This document shows positions 7,697 to 16,918 of a stretch of DNA of 26,219 nt, in pieces; position 1 is the stretch's first letter, and each line of letters opens with the position of its first letter. The stretch spans positions 1 to 26,219 of the IMG/VR virus record IMGVR_UViG_3300037462_000335, one strand, 5' to 3'. Source of the stretch: a virus. Taxonomy: Duplodnaviria; Caudoviricetes. A program made the translations under genes and the position numbers. The notes under the pieces were generated by a model. It saw only the letters and a program-made list of their open reading frames with translations, was not told the DNA's origin and ran no database searches.

Positions 7697-10600
7697 TCAG
7701 GTGGCGATGATCGTCGGCTCAAGAGCCGTGTTGGTGGCCAGGATGCGCCCTGTGCCGCTGGTGCGCCGCATCTGGATGGCGAAGGTCCGGTTGCCGCTCG
7801 TCACCGGGTAGGAACCGGCGAACAGCTGAGTCCATTCGGTGAATTGCAGCGCGCCGCCCGACACCACGTTCTGCGAAAGCACGCTGGTGAGCGTCGACCC
7901 GTCCATCGTCAGGCGGGCCTCATAGTCCGCCGTCCCGGTCGCGCTGGTCACCGACAGCCGAGAAACACCGGTAAGCAGATCAAGGCTCCCGAACGTCACC
8001 CGCCCGCTCGGCACATTGCTGACCGTCAACGAAAGGATCGTCTGCCAGTTGTTGTCGTTATCTGTGCCGTTGGTGGACGTCGCCCGTCCGGTCCGTGCCG
8101 AAGCGGCCGCTGCGATGGGACTTGGCACAAAGGTGACGTTGAACTCTTCGAGGTTCGCAAGGCCGTCCGTATGCACGTACAGCAGCACGTACTTGCCGGA
8201 CTGCCCGATACCCGACAGACTGACTGTTCCGGTGCTGGCGTTGACGGTCGCGTCGCCGGAGCCAAGATCCTCGGCCACCAGTGACCATGTGCCGCCCGTG
8301 AGCTCGATTGTCCCGCCCGCACGGTATGCCTTGTGGGTGACTGTCCGCGTTCCGACGTTGCCCGCCTCGCCCTGCTTGATCTCGATAACCGGGAACTGAG
8401 CCAGGATGCTGCGCTGTTGTACGACAGTGACGTCCGCCGTGGGTTGCCAGATGAAACCATCCCACCTGAAGAACTCGCGCGTGTCGGTCGCAGCATATGT
8501 TTGGCCGAGATAGCTTCCCGAGGCGGGCCGCGCCGCCAGCGTTCCGGCCAGGACGACGTTGACGTTGCGTAGATTAGGGTCCGCCTTGCCGGTCGGCAGT
8601 TGCCCGATCAGAAGCGGCCCGCCTGCATCCACTGCTTCGAGGCCGTCCGCATTCAGCGCGCCGGTGTTGCGGGTCGCGCCATCCACGGCATTCGGGCCGG
8701 GCGTGTAAGGCGGATGAACCGTTTGCACGGGTGATGCCGAAGTCACAATCGGCTCAAGGAACGCCATTCGGATCGTCCCCGCGCCCGCCGACTGGACGCG
8801 AATGTTTATCACGGCCCGCACGGCGTTGGCTGGCACGGTGACAAACCCCGACAGACGGTTGCTGATGGCGCTTGGCGAAGCACCATTTCCGGAAGCAATG
8901 GTCGCCCCACCGACGTTGGCCCCAGAGCTGTTCAGGAAGTCGATGTAGAACTGCCAGAATTGAGGCTGCGGGCCGGCCAGTGAAAAGGCGTCGATGCCTG
9001 CCGAGACAGACAACCGCTCATTGGGCGTCACTGCAAACGGCGGGTCATTGAAGATGTAGTGGTTCTGGTTGGCCGCTGAGAACACTGGGTCGGCGTTGAT
9101 GAAAGGCCGCCCATCGAACGTAAGTAGGCCTGGAGCGCCGCCAGTCGATCCATCAACAAAACGATTCCACCCCTGCCCACCTTCGAACCGAGAGAATGGC
9201 ACGCGGTTGGCATTACCAAGTGGCACCAGAGCGTTCTGCAGGCCCGGAGCCGCCTTGTCAGTCGGCAGCTGCCCGATAAGCAACGGGCCTCCCGCGTCGA
9301 TGGGTCCGGTCAGGACAGGCCCGGGCGTGAACGGCGGATGCACGGTCTGTCCCGGTGCTGCCGAAGTCACCATCGGCTCGGAGATGACCAGATCCATCAG
9401 CCCAGCAGCGCCAGAAACGCCATAAACCTCGATGCGCGCACTCACGACATCGCTAGGGACAGTGACAAAGAAGCGCACGGGATCGTTGGCGATGAAGCGC
9501 GGTGCGCTTCCAGATGCTACGCTGCCTGCCTCTGCTGGTATCGCGTATTGCGAGCCATCGGCGCGAAAGCCCCAGAGTGCCAGAAACCAGTTACCCGCAC
9601 CTGCCCCCGCCAGCTCGACGCGCGTCTGAAAAGAGATCCGCTCACCAGGGATCAACCGGAAATGAGGCAGTCCAGAAGGAAGACCGCCGATGGAGATGGT
9701 CTGTCCCGCTGCCGTCGCCGTTGCCTTGACGCGGAAGAACCGCATCCCTTCGAACGTACCGTAATCTGTCGGAGCCGACAGCCCAGCCCCGTTGAACTGA
9801 AGCACCCACCCGCTGTCACCTTCCATGCGCGAAAGCGGCACGCGATTGGAGTTGGCGGGGGCAACGCTGGCCCCGGCAGGAGCCTGAAACAGACGCCAGT
9901 GAGCGTTCGACGTAACCGGCCACACCGGCAAGGTCTGCCCGGCCGCGGGGGCCGCGTTGATGTAAGCCCAGGCCGCGCCATCCGGGCCGGTCACAACATC
10001 ATCGCGCCGGTACACGCGGGCAGCTGCATACTCGCCCTGCCAGCGATAGTTGAACGCGGCTTCGTCCGCGCTGTGCACTTCGAAGGTGAGTTCGGCCTCG
10101 GTCGCCAGACGCCAGCTGGGGGCGGCCTTGGCCAGCTCCTCGACCGGCAACACGCGCATCGCGCTCGTATCGTCCGGTGCCAGAGTGTCCGACGGAGTGC
10201 CGATCGCCAGCGCCTGCGCAAACAGTTCGCCCCGCAAGGACACCCCGGCAACCGCGCCCACGCTGTCCGCGATTTGCGCGATTACATCCCGCGCCGAAAC
10301 CTGCTCGCGCAGCTGCAGCGCCAGATTGTAGGGGCGCGCCGTATCCAGCGCGGTCAGGCTGGACGCGTTGACCGTGCCCCCGGCCAGATCGGCAATCCGG
10401 CGGATCATCGCCCCCGGCCGCCGGACATAGCCACCGGTCCCGCTGTTGCTGCCAGAGACATCGAAGCTCACCCGGCCATCCGGCGGTGCGCCAAGCCGCA
10501 CCAGCCCGAGCGCCAGACAGGTCCCCCAGCCACCGTTCGGAATGCTCGCCGCCTTCAGCGCGGCCAGATTGGCGAAGTTGCCTGCGCTCGCGCCGAGGCT

Positions 10601-11224
10601 GGCGAGCCGGTCATAGACGGCATTCACCGCCTGCACCGGTCCATTGCTGACCATCCAGATGTTGTCGACGTTGTCGATCAGCGTGCCGCCGCAGAATCGC
10701 GCGTTGCCCAGCACCAGCGGCTCGACCTGCCCGGTCAGATCGGCAGGCCCCTCGATCCCGCCCGTGCCCGCAAACAGGGCGAGCAGCGGCTTGTCGGCCC
10801 AGCTGTCCTGCACCGCCGCATCGAAGCGTGCGATGCGGGCCGCCTCGTCGACATCGGGCTCGCCGGTGATCCGGCCATCGAAGCGCAGGGTCAGCGGGCC
10901 GAGGTCGACCGTTGCCGGGCTGGTGATGTCACCGGTCCAAATCCGCACGCGGGCATCGGCAAAGCGCGGACGGGTTGCTGGCGAGCCAGTGAACCCCGCC
11001 AACCCTCTTGCCGTCACGGTAAAGCCGGTGCGCGGTGCGGTTACCTGCCCGGCGAAGGCGCCGCCGAAGAAATCGAGCGCGAAGTCTGGCAGGGTGGCCA
11101 GCGCCGGTTCCCACTCTTCGCCGCCCAGATGGCAGGCCTCGGGGATATCGTGGCTGGCGATCCGCACGGGCACGGCGGTGCCTGATGCGTCCTGCGCGTC
11201 GATCCGGATCAGGGTCACGTTCAT
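7697..11224 (-). CDS. Tail-tip hub / host-specificity protein with a C-terminal fibre carrying duplicated carbohydrate-binding-like domains, 1175 aa
   Basis: Last tail gene. Conserved-type N-terminus (FAGTGGIEGPADL...PLVLG), an internal ~213-aa duplication, and a more AT-rich 3' half. Confidence 0.8.
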   Translation of the reverse strand: MNVTLIRIDAQDASGTAVPVRIASHDIPEACHLGGEEWEPALATLPDFALDFFGGAFAGQVTAPRTGFTVTARGLAGFTGSPATRPRFADARVRIWTGDITSPATVDLGPLTLRFDGRITGEPDVDEAARIARFDAAVQDSWADKPLLALFAGTGGIEGPADLTGQVEPLVLGNARFCGGTLIDNVDNIWMVSNGPVQAVNAVYDRLASLGASAGNFANLAALKAASIPNGGWGTCLALGLVRLGAPPDGRVSFDVSGSNSGTGGYVRRPGAMIRRIADLAGGTVNASSLTALDTARPYNLALQLREQVSARDVIAQIADSVGAVAGVSLRGELFAQALAIGTPSDTLAPDDTSAMRVLPVEELAKAAPSWRLATEAELTFEVHSADEAAFNYRWQGEYAAARVYRRDDVVTGPDGAAWAYINAAPAAGQTLPVWPVTSNAHWRLFQAPAGASVAPANSNRVPLSRMEGDSGWVLQFNGAGLSAPTDYGTFEGMRFFRVKATATAAGQTISIGGLPSGLPHFRLIPGERISFQTRVELAGAGAGNWFLALWGFRADGSQYAIPAEAGSVASGSAPRFIANDPVRFFVTVPSDVVSARIEVYGVSGAAGLMDLVISEPMVTSAAPGQTVHPPFTPGPVLTGPIDAGGPLLIGQLPTDKAAPGLQNALVPLGNANRVPFSRFEGGQGWNRFVDGSTGGAPGLLTFDGRPFINADPVFSAANQNHYIFNDPPFAVTPNERLSVSAGIDAFSLAGPQPQFWQFYIDFLNSSGANVGGATIASGNGASPSAISNRLSGFVTVPANAVRAVINIRVQSAGAGTIRMAFLEPIVTSASPVQTVHPPYTPGPNAVDGATRNTGALNADGLEAVDAGGPLLIGQLPTGKADPNLRNVNVVLAGTLAARPASGSYLGQTYAATDTREFFRWDGFIWQPTADVTVVQQRSILAQFPVIEIKQGEAGNVGTRTVTHKAYRAGGTIELTGGTWSLVAEDLGSGDATVNASTGTVSLSGIGQSGKYVLLYVHTDGLANLEEFNVTFVPSPIAAAASARTGRATSTNGTDNDNNWQTILSLTVSNVPSGRVTFGSLDLLTGVSRLSVTSATGTADYEARLTMDGSTLTSVLSQNVVSGGALQFTEWTQLFAGSYPVTSGNRTFAIQMRRTSGTGRILATNTALEPTIIAT
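8565..9850 (-). repeat. Tandem diverged domain duplication inside the tail-tip gene
   Basis: NRVPLSRMEG / NRVPFSRFEG lie 639 nt apart. Also EPMVTSAAPGQTVHPPFTPGP / EPIVTSASPVQTVHPPYTPGP, and DAGGPLLIGQLPT twice. Confidence 0.9.
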
Positions 11225-11225
11225 G

Positions 11226-12044
11226 TCAGTCGACCGCGACGAAGTTCACTTCGGCCTGGAACGCGCCCGGCTGCCGGTGGATGCTGCCGAGGTTCCCGGT
11301 CAGGTGGCCAATGCCCATGCGGTTTTGGCGGTGCGGGTGGGGATCGGAATCGGTCACCAGCACCACGGGATCGGTGTTGCCGACCTGCTCGAACAGGCGC
11401 TGGAGCGTGTCTTCCAGCTCATCCCGGCGAACCGAGGAGAATGTCAGGCCCATGCCGCGCAGCTTGACCCCCGGACGTCGAAGCACCACGCCGCGCGGGC
11501 TGTAATCCACCTGCCCCAGATCGCGGACTCCGAACGCGGCGCCGTAGCTGTAATTGCGCGCTGGCTGGAAGCGCTTGCCGACCGCGATCATGGCGATCTG
11601 GATTGCCGCGCCTGACAAGCCAGAGACATTCAGGCGAACATATCGCATCGTAGCCGGGGCACCCGACGGAGCAAGCCATAGTGCTTTGCCGCGTCCGGAG
11701 ACAGGCAGGATCGACCCGGCGAGGAGGGGTAGCTCTGGGCCAGCCCACCAAGTGGAAGTGAAAGGCCCCTGGGCGTCCGACGCGAGGTCGACATTCCAGT
11801 TCCAGCTTGCAGACGGCGCGGCGTTTCCTGCGCCAACCCCGAACAACGCAATGGTGTCGACGGGTTGATCCGAACCCAGATCAATCAAGAGTGCGCGGCT
11901 GCCGAGGCCGGTATCGCTCCGCCAGACACGTCCCATGCGCGGAACGGGCCAAGGGGCGAGATTCGCCGCCGAAAAGCCGCTTGCGGTGTTGCTCGGCGCG
12001 ATCGACACCCACGGCAGCGGGCGCATCAGGAATGCGTTTGCCAT
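11226..12044 (-). CDS. Tail-tip protein (distal-tail-like, with a galactose-binding-like insertion), 272 aa
   Basis: Position after the tape measure, the IDLGSDQPVDTIAL...RYVRL jelly-roll pattern, and coupling to both neighbours. Confidence 0.65.
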   Translation of the reverse strand: MANAFLMRPLPWVSIAPSNTASGFSAANLAPWPVPRMGRVWRSDTGLGSRALLIDLGSDQPVDTIALFGVGAGNAAPSASWNWNVDLASDAQGPFTSTWWAGPELPLLAGSILPVSGRGKALWLAPSGAPATMRYVRLNVSGLSGAAIQIAMIAVGKRFQPARNYSYGAAFGVRDLGQVDYSPRGVVLRRPGVKLRGMGLTFSSVRRDELEDTLQRLFEQVGNTDPVVLVTDSDPHPHRQNRMGIGHLTGNLGSIHRQPGAFQAEVNFVAVD

Positions 12045-12406
12045 CAGCCAATCACCTCGAGCTCGGTCCGTTCTTCGTTCAGATCCACCCGCCAGCGCGT
12101 CACCAGCACCGGCCCGTCAAAGCCCAGCTCGGCATCGGTCAGCGTGAAGGTCGGGATGCCGGCAGCGGGATCGATCCACAGCAGGCCATCGATCACCACC
12201 GCGAAGCGGCGCCGGAAGGTGCCGGTCAGGGACGCTTTCGCTGCCAGCACCGTCGCGGCGTCGGCCGCGCTTTCGAAGAAGCCGGGCTCCGGCGCGCTGG
12301 CCTGGTCGCCTGCCGAGGGAAAGCGCGTCCGGATCGCGGTGTCTTCACGCGTGACGATGCGCGCGCGGCGCGTGGCGCGGATGATATCGGTCGGGAGGGC
12401 GGTCAT
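12044..12406 (-). CDS. Tail-tip accessory protein, 120 aa
   Basis: ATGA overlap with the tape-measure stop and TGATG overlap with the next gene. Confidence 0.75.
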   Translation of the reverse strand: MTALPTDIIRATRRARIVTREDTAIRTRFPSAGDQASAPEPGFFESAADAATVLAAKASLTGTFRRRFAVVIDGLLWIDPAAGIPTFTLTDAELGFDGPVLVTRWRVDLNEERTELEVIG

Positions 12407-15400
12407 TGGATGTAGGCTCTCGGCGCGCCGATGAAGTCGCTGGCGGGACCACCTCTGACGCCGTTGTCATTGATCGCTTCGAGGATGCGGTTGAGGATCG
12501 CGGTCTGGTCGGCGAGGATGTACGCGGCGTCCTGCGTGTTCTTGGCGATGGCCGAACCGAACGGATCGCGGGTGTCTGCCCCGCGTGCGCTGGCCTGATC
12601 GACAAACCCGATGGCCTGTCCGGTCAGCGCACGGATGCGGTCGAAGTCTGAGAAGAACGCGCCCGAGCTGGCGTTGCTCTGGCGGCTGATCGATAGCAGC
12701 AGCTGGCTCGCTTGCGTGAACCCGTCCTGGTTGATGGCACCGGCAGCCGCGCGGGCGCGTTCCTCGGCAGCGGCGATGTCGGCGGCGCTGGCGCCCGATC
12801 CGCGCAGACGCTCGGCCTCGGCCCGAGCCGCCTCGGCGGCGCTGATCTGGGCGATGAAGGGCTGCAGCTGCCGCTCGGCCTCTTCGCGCTGTTCGCGCAG
12901 GGACAGCGGAGAGTTCGAACCGGCGTTAAGGGAGGCGAGGAAGTCCTTGAGAGTCTGGCTGGCCGCGCCGATGCTGGCAATGGCATCGGCCTTTTCCAGC
13001 TCCCACAGCTGGCGCGCCTGGGCAATCTGTTCGGCGCTGGCCGATCCTTCGATCAGGGCGTCATTGACCTTCTTGAACTTGTCGTAAAGGTCATCCAGCG
13101 CCGCACCGAGCGGGTCGAGCCGCTGGCGCAGCAGCTTCGGGATCTGTTCGATCAACAGCGCCTTTTCGATCTGCTGGTCCAGATCGCCGCCCTTGGACAG
13201 CAGGTTCTGGCTGGCCTGGCTGATGCCGGTGATAACCCCGTCCTTGATCAGGTCCTGAATGGCGAAGCGGATCGCCGCTTCCTGATCGCTGCCGAAGTCA
13301 ATCGCGCCGTTGCCGACCTTGGTGATCCCGCGCCCGGTCGGATCGACCCGGAAGCTGTCCTTGCGCATCCCGAAGGACACGCTCCCGCGCGAGGCATCCA
13401 CCCCGCCGCCCAGCTGGTCCGCGATCTGGAAGATGGCATCGATCAGGCTGCCCGCCCCGGCATTGGCCGTGTCGCGGCGCGCCGCCGAATTGCCCTGCGA
13501 ACCGGTGATCCCGAGCGTGCCGTTGCGCCCGCCGACCGTTACGCTGGCGCGCTTCGTGCCTTTGAGAGCGCCGCCGATGAAGCCGCCCAGCATGCCGAAC
13601 AGGCTTCCGCCGGTCTTCGAATAATTCACGCCGAGAAGGTCGGCCAGCCCGCTGCCGAGCGTGTTGCTGACCTGCGTCAGGGCAAGGAAAGCCCCCACCT
13701 GAGGTATGACCGCGCCGATATTGCCGAGGCCGGAGAGAATGCCTGCACCGCCTGCGGCACCCCCGCCGCCCACGCCCAGCGCGCGCGAGGCGGCACCACC
13801 AAGGCCGCGCGCGCCGCTGGCGACTGACGAACCATTGCCGAACGCAGCCGCGAAGCCATTATCGTTGGCCGCCGCGCCCCCGCCGCCCAGCGCGCCGACA
13901 CCAGCGAAGATGCTTGCGAGCGGCGAACGGTTCATGGCCCCGCCCAGCGCCGAGTTGAGGTTGAAGCCCTGCCCGGACAGCATCGCCAGCGTCCACTGCG
14001 CGGCGATCTCGGCGATGATGCGGGTGCCTTCGTCCTTAAAGCTGCGCCACAGATCCTTGGTGCCACCCCGGAACGCGATCTCGTAGAAGTCGGCGACATC
14101 GAGGATCGCCTGCTCGTGAAGCCGGCGGAACACCTCGGCCTGTTGCTCGGCAAGGCGCTCAGCCTCTTCTGCCTGTCGCTTGGCCTCGCGGTCTTGTTCG
14201 GCGCGGGCCTTCTGGGCAGCGGCATCGCCGGTCGCCTTCTGGGCGGCGTTGCCCTGATCGATCAGCAGCTGCAGCCGGTCGCGGTCCGCCTGGGTGAGTT
14301 CCTTTGTGATCCCCAGCGCTTTGGCCAGCGCCTCGACCGTTTCGTTCACGACAAGCGGATGCTGGCGCAGAAATCCGAGTTCCGCCTCGGCGCGGGCGGC
14401 GGCTTCCTCACCCTGTTCGGTGCGGATCCGCGCAACCTCGGCGCTGTCTTCCTGCGCGCGCAGGGTGCGGGCGATGGCGTCGCGCAGCTGTTCCTCGTTG
14501 CGGATCGCTTCCTTGGCCGCGCGCTCGGCCTCGCGCTCGGCAGCGGACTGGGTTGGATTGCGGGCACCGCCACCACCGGTCCGCCTTTGGGAACTGCCGG
14601 TCACGCGCGGCGGGGCAGAACCCGCAGGACCCTGACGGGCTTGTGCAAACTCGTCGAGCAGGGTTTGACCGAAGGTGCGGCTGCCGAAAACGCTCGGATC
14701 GCTCAGGGCGTTCGGCTCGAAGCGGACGTCTTTCGTCGTGATGAGACCGCCAAGATAGGAGCCGGTCACCGTTTCACGGCGGCCAAACCGCCGGTTGAGG
14801 TCACCGACTGCAGCAGCGCGCTGATCGGGGCTCAGGCCCTGTGGCAGGCTCGCAACCGAGTTGCGGTAACGCTGTTCGGTATCGATGAACTTCACGAACT
14901 CGCCGGTTGCCTTGATGGCCCCATCGGCAAGCGTGAACAGGCTGTCGGCCAGCGCGTTGATCGATTCCGCATTATCGGCCACCACCTTGGCAACGTTGCG
15001 GGACAGCTGGTTTTTCAGCTCTTCGATCTTGGCATTGGTTGCCTGCAGGTCCTGAATTTCCTTTGCGCTCAGCGCGCCGCCGAACCGGTCGACCTCTGCC
15101 GCAGCGACATTGAAACCGTCCGCGCCCTTGAGCAGCAGCGGATAGAGGATCTGGAATTCATCGCCGAGCAGCTGCGCGCCAAGCCGCATGCGATCGGCAG
15201 GATCCTCGATCGCGGCAATCCGCTTGGCGAGGTCGAGCATCACGGCATCGGTGGCGCGCGCCTGACCGGAAACCGTCTGGAAGGAGACGCCGAGATCGAC
15301 GAAACCCTGCTGGGCCTGCCGGTTGCCGGCATTGGCCTCCCCGATCTTCTGGGTGAGATTGGCCAGCTGGTCGTTGAAATTGTCGGTGCTGATCCCGGCA

Positions 15401-15702
15401 GTCTGGGCCGCCTGCCGCCACACCTGAAGCTGTTCGGCCCCGATGTTGAACTGGCGCGAGGTGCTGGCAATTTCCGCGCCGAGATCGGCAGAGCTGCTGA
15501 TCGCGGTGCCGATCGCCGCGCCCAGCGCGCCAAGGCCTGCAGCGCCAAGAAATCCCTTGGTGAAGGTCGAACCGGCGCGCGCGCCAGCATCGCCCGAAGC
15601 CTGATCGGCGGCGTTGGTAAGGTCCTGAAACTTGACCTTGAAATCGCGGTCGAATTGCTCCCCGGCAAGGCGCAGCTTGACGATGATGTCATTGCGGGCC
15701 AC
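12403..15702 (-). CDS. Tail tape measure protein, 1099 aa
   Basis: Long Ala/Gly-rich helical protein downstream of the chaperones. AGGAG SD before a GTG start. Confidence 0.92.
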   Translation of the reverse strand: MARNDIIVKLRLAGEQFDRDFKVKFQDLTNAADQASGDAGARAGSTFTKGFLGAAGLGALGAAIGTAISSSADLGAEIASTSRQFNIGAEQLQVWRQAAQTAGISTDNFNDQLANLTQKIGEANAGNRQAQQGFVDLGVSFQTVSGQARATDAVMLDLAKRIAAIEDPADRMRLGAQLLGDEFQILYPLLLKGADGFNVAAAEVDRFGGALSAKEIQDLQATNAKIEELKNQLSRNVAKVVADNAESINALADSLFTLADGAIKATGEFVKFIDTEQRYRNSVASLPQGLSPDQRAAAVGDLNRRFGRRETVTGSYLGGLITTKDVRFEPNALSDPSVFGSRTFGQTLLDEFAQARQGPAGSAPPRVTGSSQRRTGGGGARNPTQSAAEREAERAAKEAIRNEEQLRDAIARTLRAQEDSAEVARIRTEQGEEAAARAEAELGFLRQHPLVVNETVEALAKALGITKELTQADRDRLQLLIDQGNAAQKATGDAAAQKARAEQDREAKRQAEEAERLAEQQAEVFRRLHEQAILDVADFYEIAFRGGTKDLWRSFKDEGTRIIAEIAAQWTLAMLSGQGFNLNSALGGAMNRSPLASIFAGVGALGGGGAAANDNGFAAAFGNGSSVASGARGLGGAASRALGVGGGGAAGGAGILSGLGNIGAVIPQVGAFLALTQVSNTLGSGLADLLGVNYSKTGGSLFGMLGGFIGGALKGTKRASVTVGGRNGTLGITGSQGNSAARRDTANAGAGSLIDAIFQIADQLGGGVDASRGSVSFGMRKDSFRVDPTGRGITKVGNGAIDFGSDQEAAIRFAIQDLIKDGVITGISQASQNLLSKGGDLDQQIEKALLIEQIPKLLRQRLDPLGAALDDLYDKFKKVNDALIEGSASAEQIAQARQLWELEKADAIASIGAASQTLKDFLASLNAGSNSPLSLREQREEAERQLQPFIAQISAAEAARAEAERLRGSGASAADIAAAEERARAAAGAINQDGFTQASQLLLSISRQSNASSGAFFSDFDRIRALTGQAIGFVDQASARGADTRDPFGSAIAKNTQDAAYILADQTAILNRILEAINDNGVRGGPASDFIGAPRAYIQ

Positions 15703-15720
15703 GCGATGCTCCTGTAGTTT
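15692..15720 (+). promoter_or_regulatory. Candidate promoter for the antisense moron, overlapping the tape-measure start codon and SD
   Basis: TTGCGG-N17-TAGTTT, ending 28 nt upstream of ATG 15749. Confidence 0.4.
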
Positions 15721-15748
15721 CTTCGAAAATCACCGCACGGGGCGCGCG

Positions 15749-15964
15749 ATGCTTGACCGGTTTTTTCTGCATATCGCCAACATGATCGCCCTTGCGGGCA
15801 GCCTGCTGGCGGTCCTTTTCCTGTTCTTCGCGGTGGCTGGCCTGCTCGCCGGGAACTCCCCGATGGGCGACCTCGCCTTCGCGGCGACGATCAGCATCGT
15901 CACCTATTGCCTTGCCGGGACGATCCACCGGATCGTGGCCACGCCCGGCGCGCCGCGGGACTAG
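15749..15964 (+). CDS. Small 2-TM membrane protein, 71 aa; antisense moron, candidate superinfection exclusion
   Basis: Fills the only large gap in the tail operon. Two hydrophobic helices, GGGG SD, and a stop that shares the CTAG at 15961-15964 with the convergent gene. Confidence 0.7.
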   Translation: MLDRFFLHIANMIALAGSLLAVLFLFFAVAGLLAGNSPMGDLAFAATISIVTYCLAGTIHRIVATPGAPRD

Positions 15965-16617
15965 ACCAGCGCGGCCACCCGCTTCGCGAATTCATCGATC
16001 ATCCGGCTGCCCGCGCGGTTCACCGCGCTGCCGATCGACACGCGGTTCGCGTGCGGCTGCTGTTCGATCAGAGCGAACACCGCGATGGTGCCCGTCTGGC
16101 CGACACGCTGCCCGCCCGCTCGCCGCTCTCCCGCCAGCTTGGCGGGGTTGAAGCCGCCCGGACCGATGGCACCATCGGCCACCAGCAGCGGGGTTTTCCC
16201 GGGCCGGAACAGCGGGCGCAGCTTGGCGCGGAACCGCCCCTCCCACTGGCGCGGGCTGATGTTCCGCCCCAGACTGGTGCCCAGCGCCGCCTTGAGCGGC
16301 ACGGCCAGATATTTGTTGCCCACCGCCCGGTTAGTGCCGGGCAGCGACCAGTATTCGATCAGGCCCTGCGTGCGGCGTCCGCCATTGCCGAACACCTCGC
16401 CCGCCGGATCCTTGGCGGGGGTGTCGCCGCGCGGGTAGACCGCGCTTTTCCATGCCCGCCAGGCATTGCCCTTGGCGGCGGCGCGGGTCTGCGCTTCGAG
16501 GTCCTGTTCCAGCTGGCGCGTGGCCCGCTGCACCGAACGTGTGGCAGCGCGGTAGATCTCGCCGCGCAGCGCGTGGCTGACCTCGTCGACGCCCGCCAGT
16601 TCAATCTGCGTTCGCAT
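15961..16617 (-). CDS. Phage morphogenesis protein, DUF6441-like, 218 aa
   Basis: Basic protein with AWKSAVYP and KYLAVPL motifs recalled from alphaproteobacterial prophage proteins. Confidence 0.6.
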   Translation of the reverse strand: MRTQIELAGVDEVSHALRGEIYRAATRSVQRATRQLEQDLEAQTRAAAKGNAWRAWKSAVYPRGDTPAKDPAGEVFGNGGRRTQGLIEYWSLPGTNRAVGNKYLAVPLKAALGTSLGRNISPRQWEGRFRAKLRPLFRPGKTPLLVADGAIGPGGFNPAKLAGERRAGGQRVGQTGTIAVFALIEQQPHANRVSIGSAVNRAGSRMIDEFAKRVAALV

Positions 16618-16918
16618 CAGCCTGACCTTCTGTCGCCCAGTGATCGAACAGGGCGAAGGCCTCGACGGCCAGCGCGGGCTGCTCGCAATATCCGCCAGCC
16701 AGCGGCATCACCATCGGGCCAAGTCCGGCCATGCCCCCGCCGCGCGCGGCGCGCAGCCTTGCCCAGGTCTCGACCAGCGCCAGCGCCCAGCTGGGCGTGG
16801 TAAAACGCGGGTTTTCGGCGAAGGTGAAGCCCCCGATTTTCCAACCGCCTTCGACGCTCCGCGGCAGCCGGAAATCGGCCGGGACGGTGAACAGCGCGAA
16901 GGCGGCTCTCAGTTTTTT
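16601..16918 (-). CDS. gpT-like portion of the tail assembly chaperone, reached by -1 frameshift
   Basis: The -1 frame is open from the slippery site to TGA 16601-16603: KKLRAAFALF...ENPRF...MPLAGGYCEQPALAVEAFALFDHW...ANAD*. It has no start codon near its 5' end. Confidence 0.8.
   Translation of the reverse strand, partial: KKLRAAFALFTVPADFRLPRSVEGGWKIGGFTFAENPRFTTPSWALALVETWARLRAARGGGMAGLGPMVMPLAGGYCEQPALAVEAFALFDHWATEGQADANAD

Noticed and set aside
7697-9850. Diversity-generating retroelement (TR/VR) in the tail fibre
   Set aside because: The repeats are in-frame protein-level duplications. I see no non-coding template copy and no RT.
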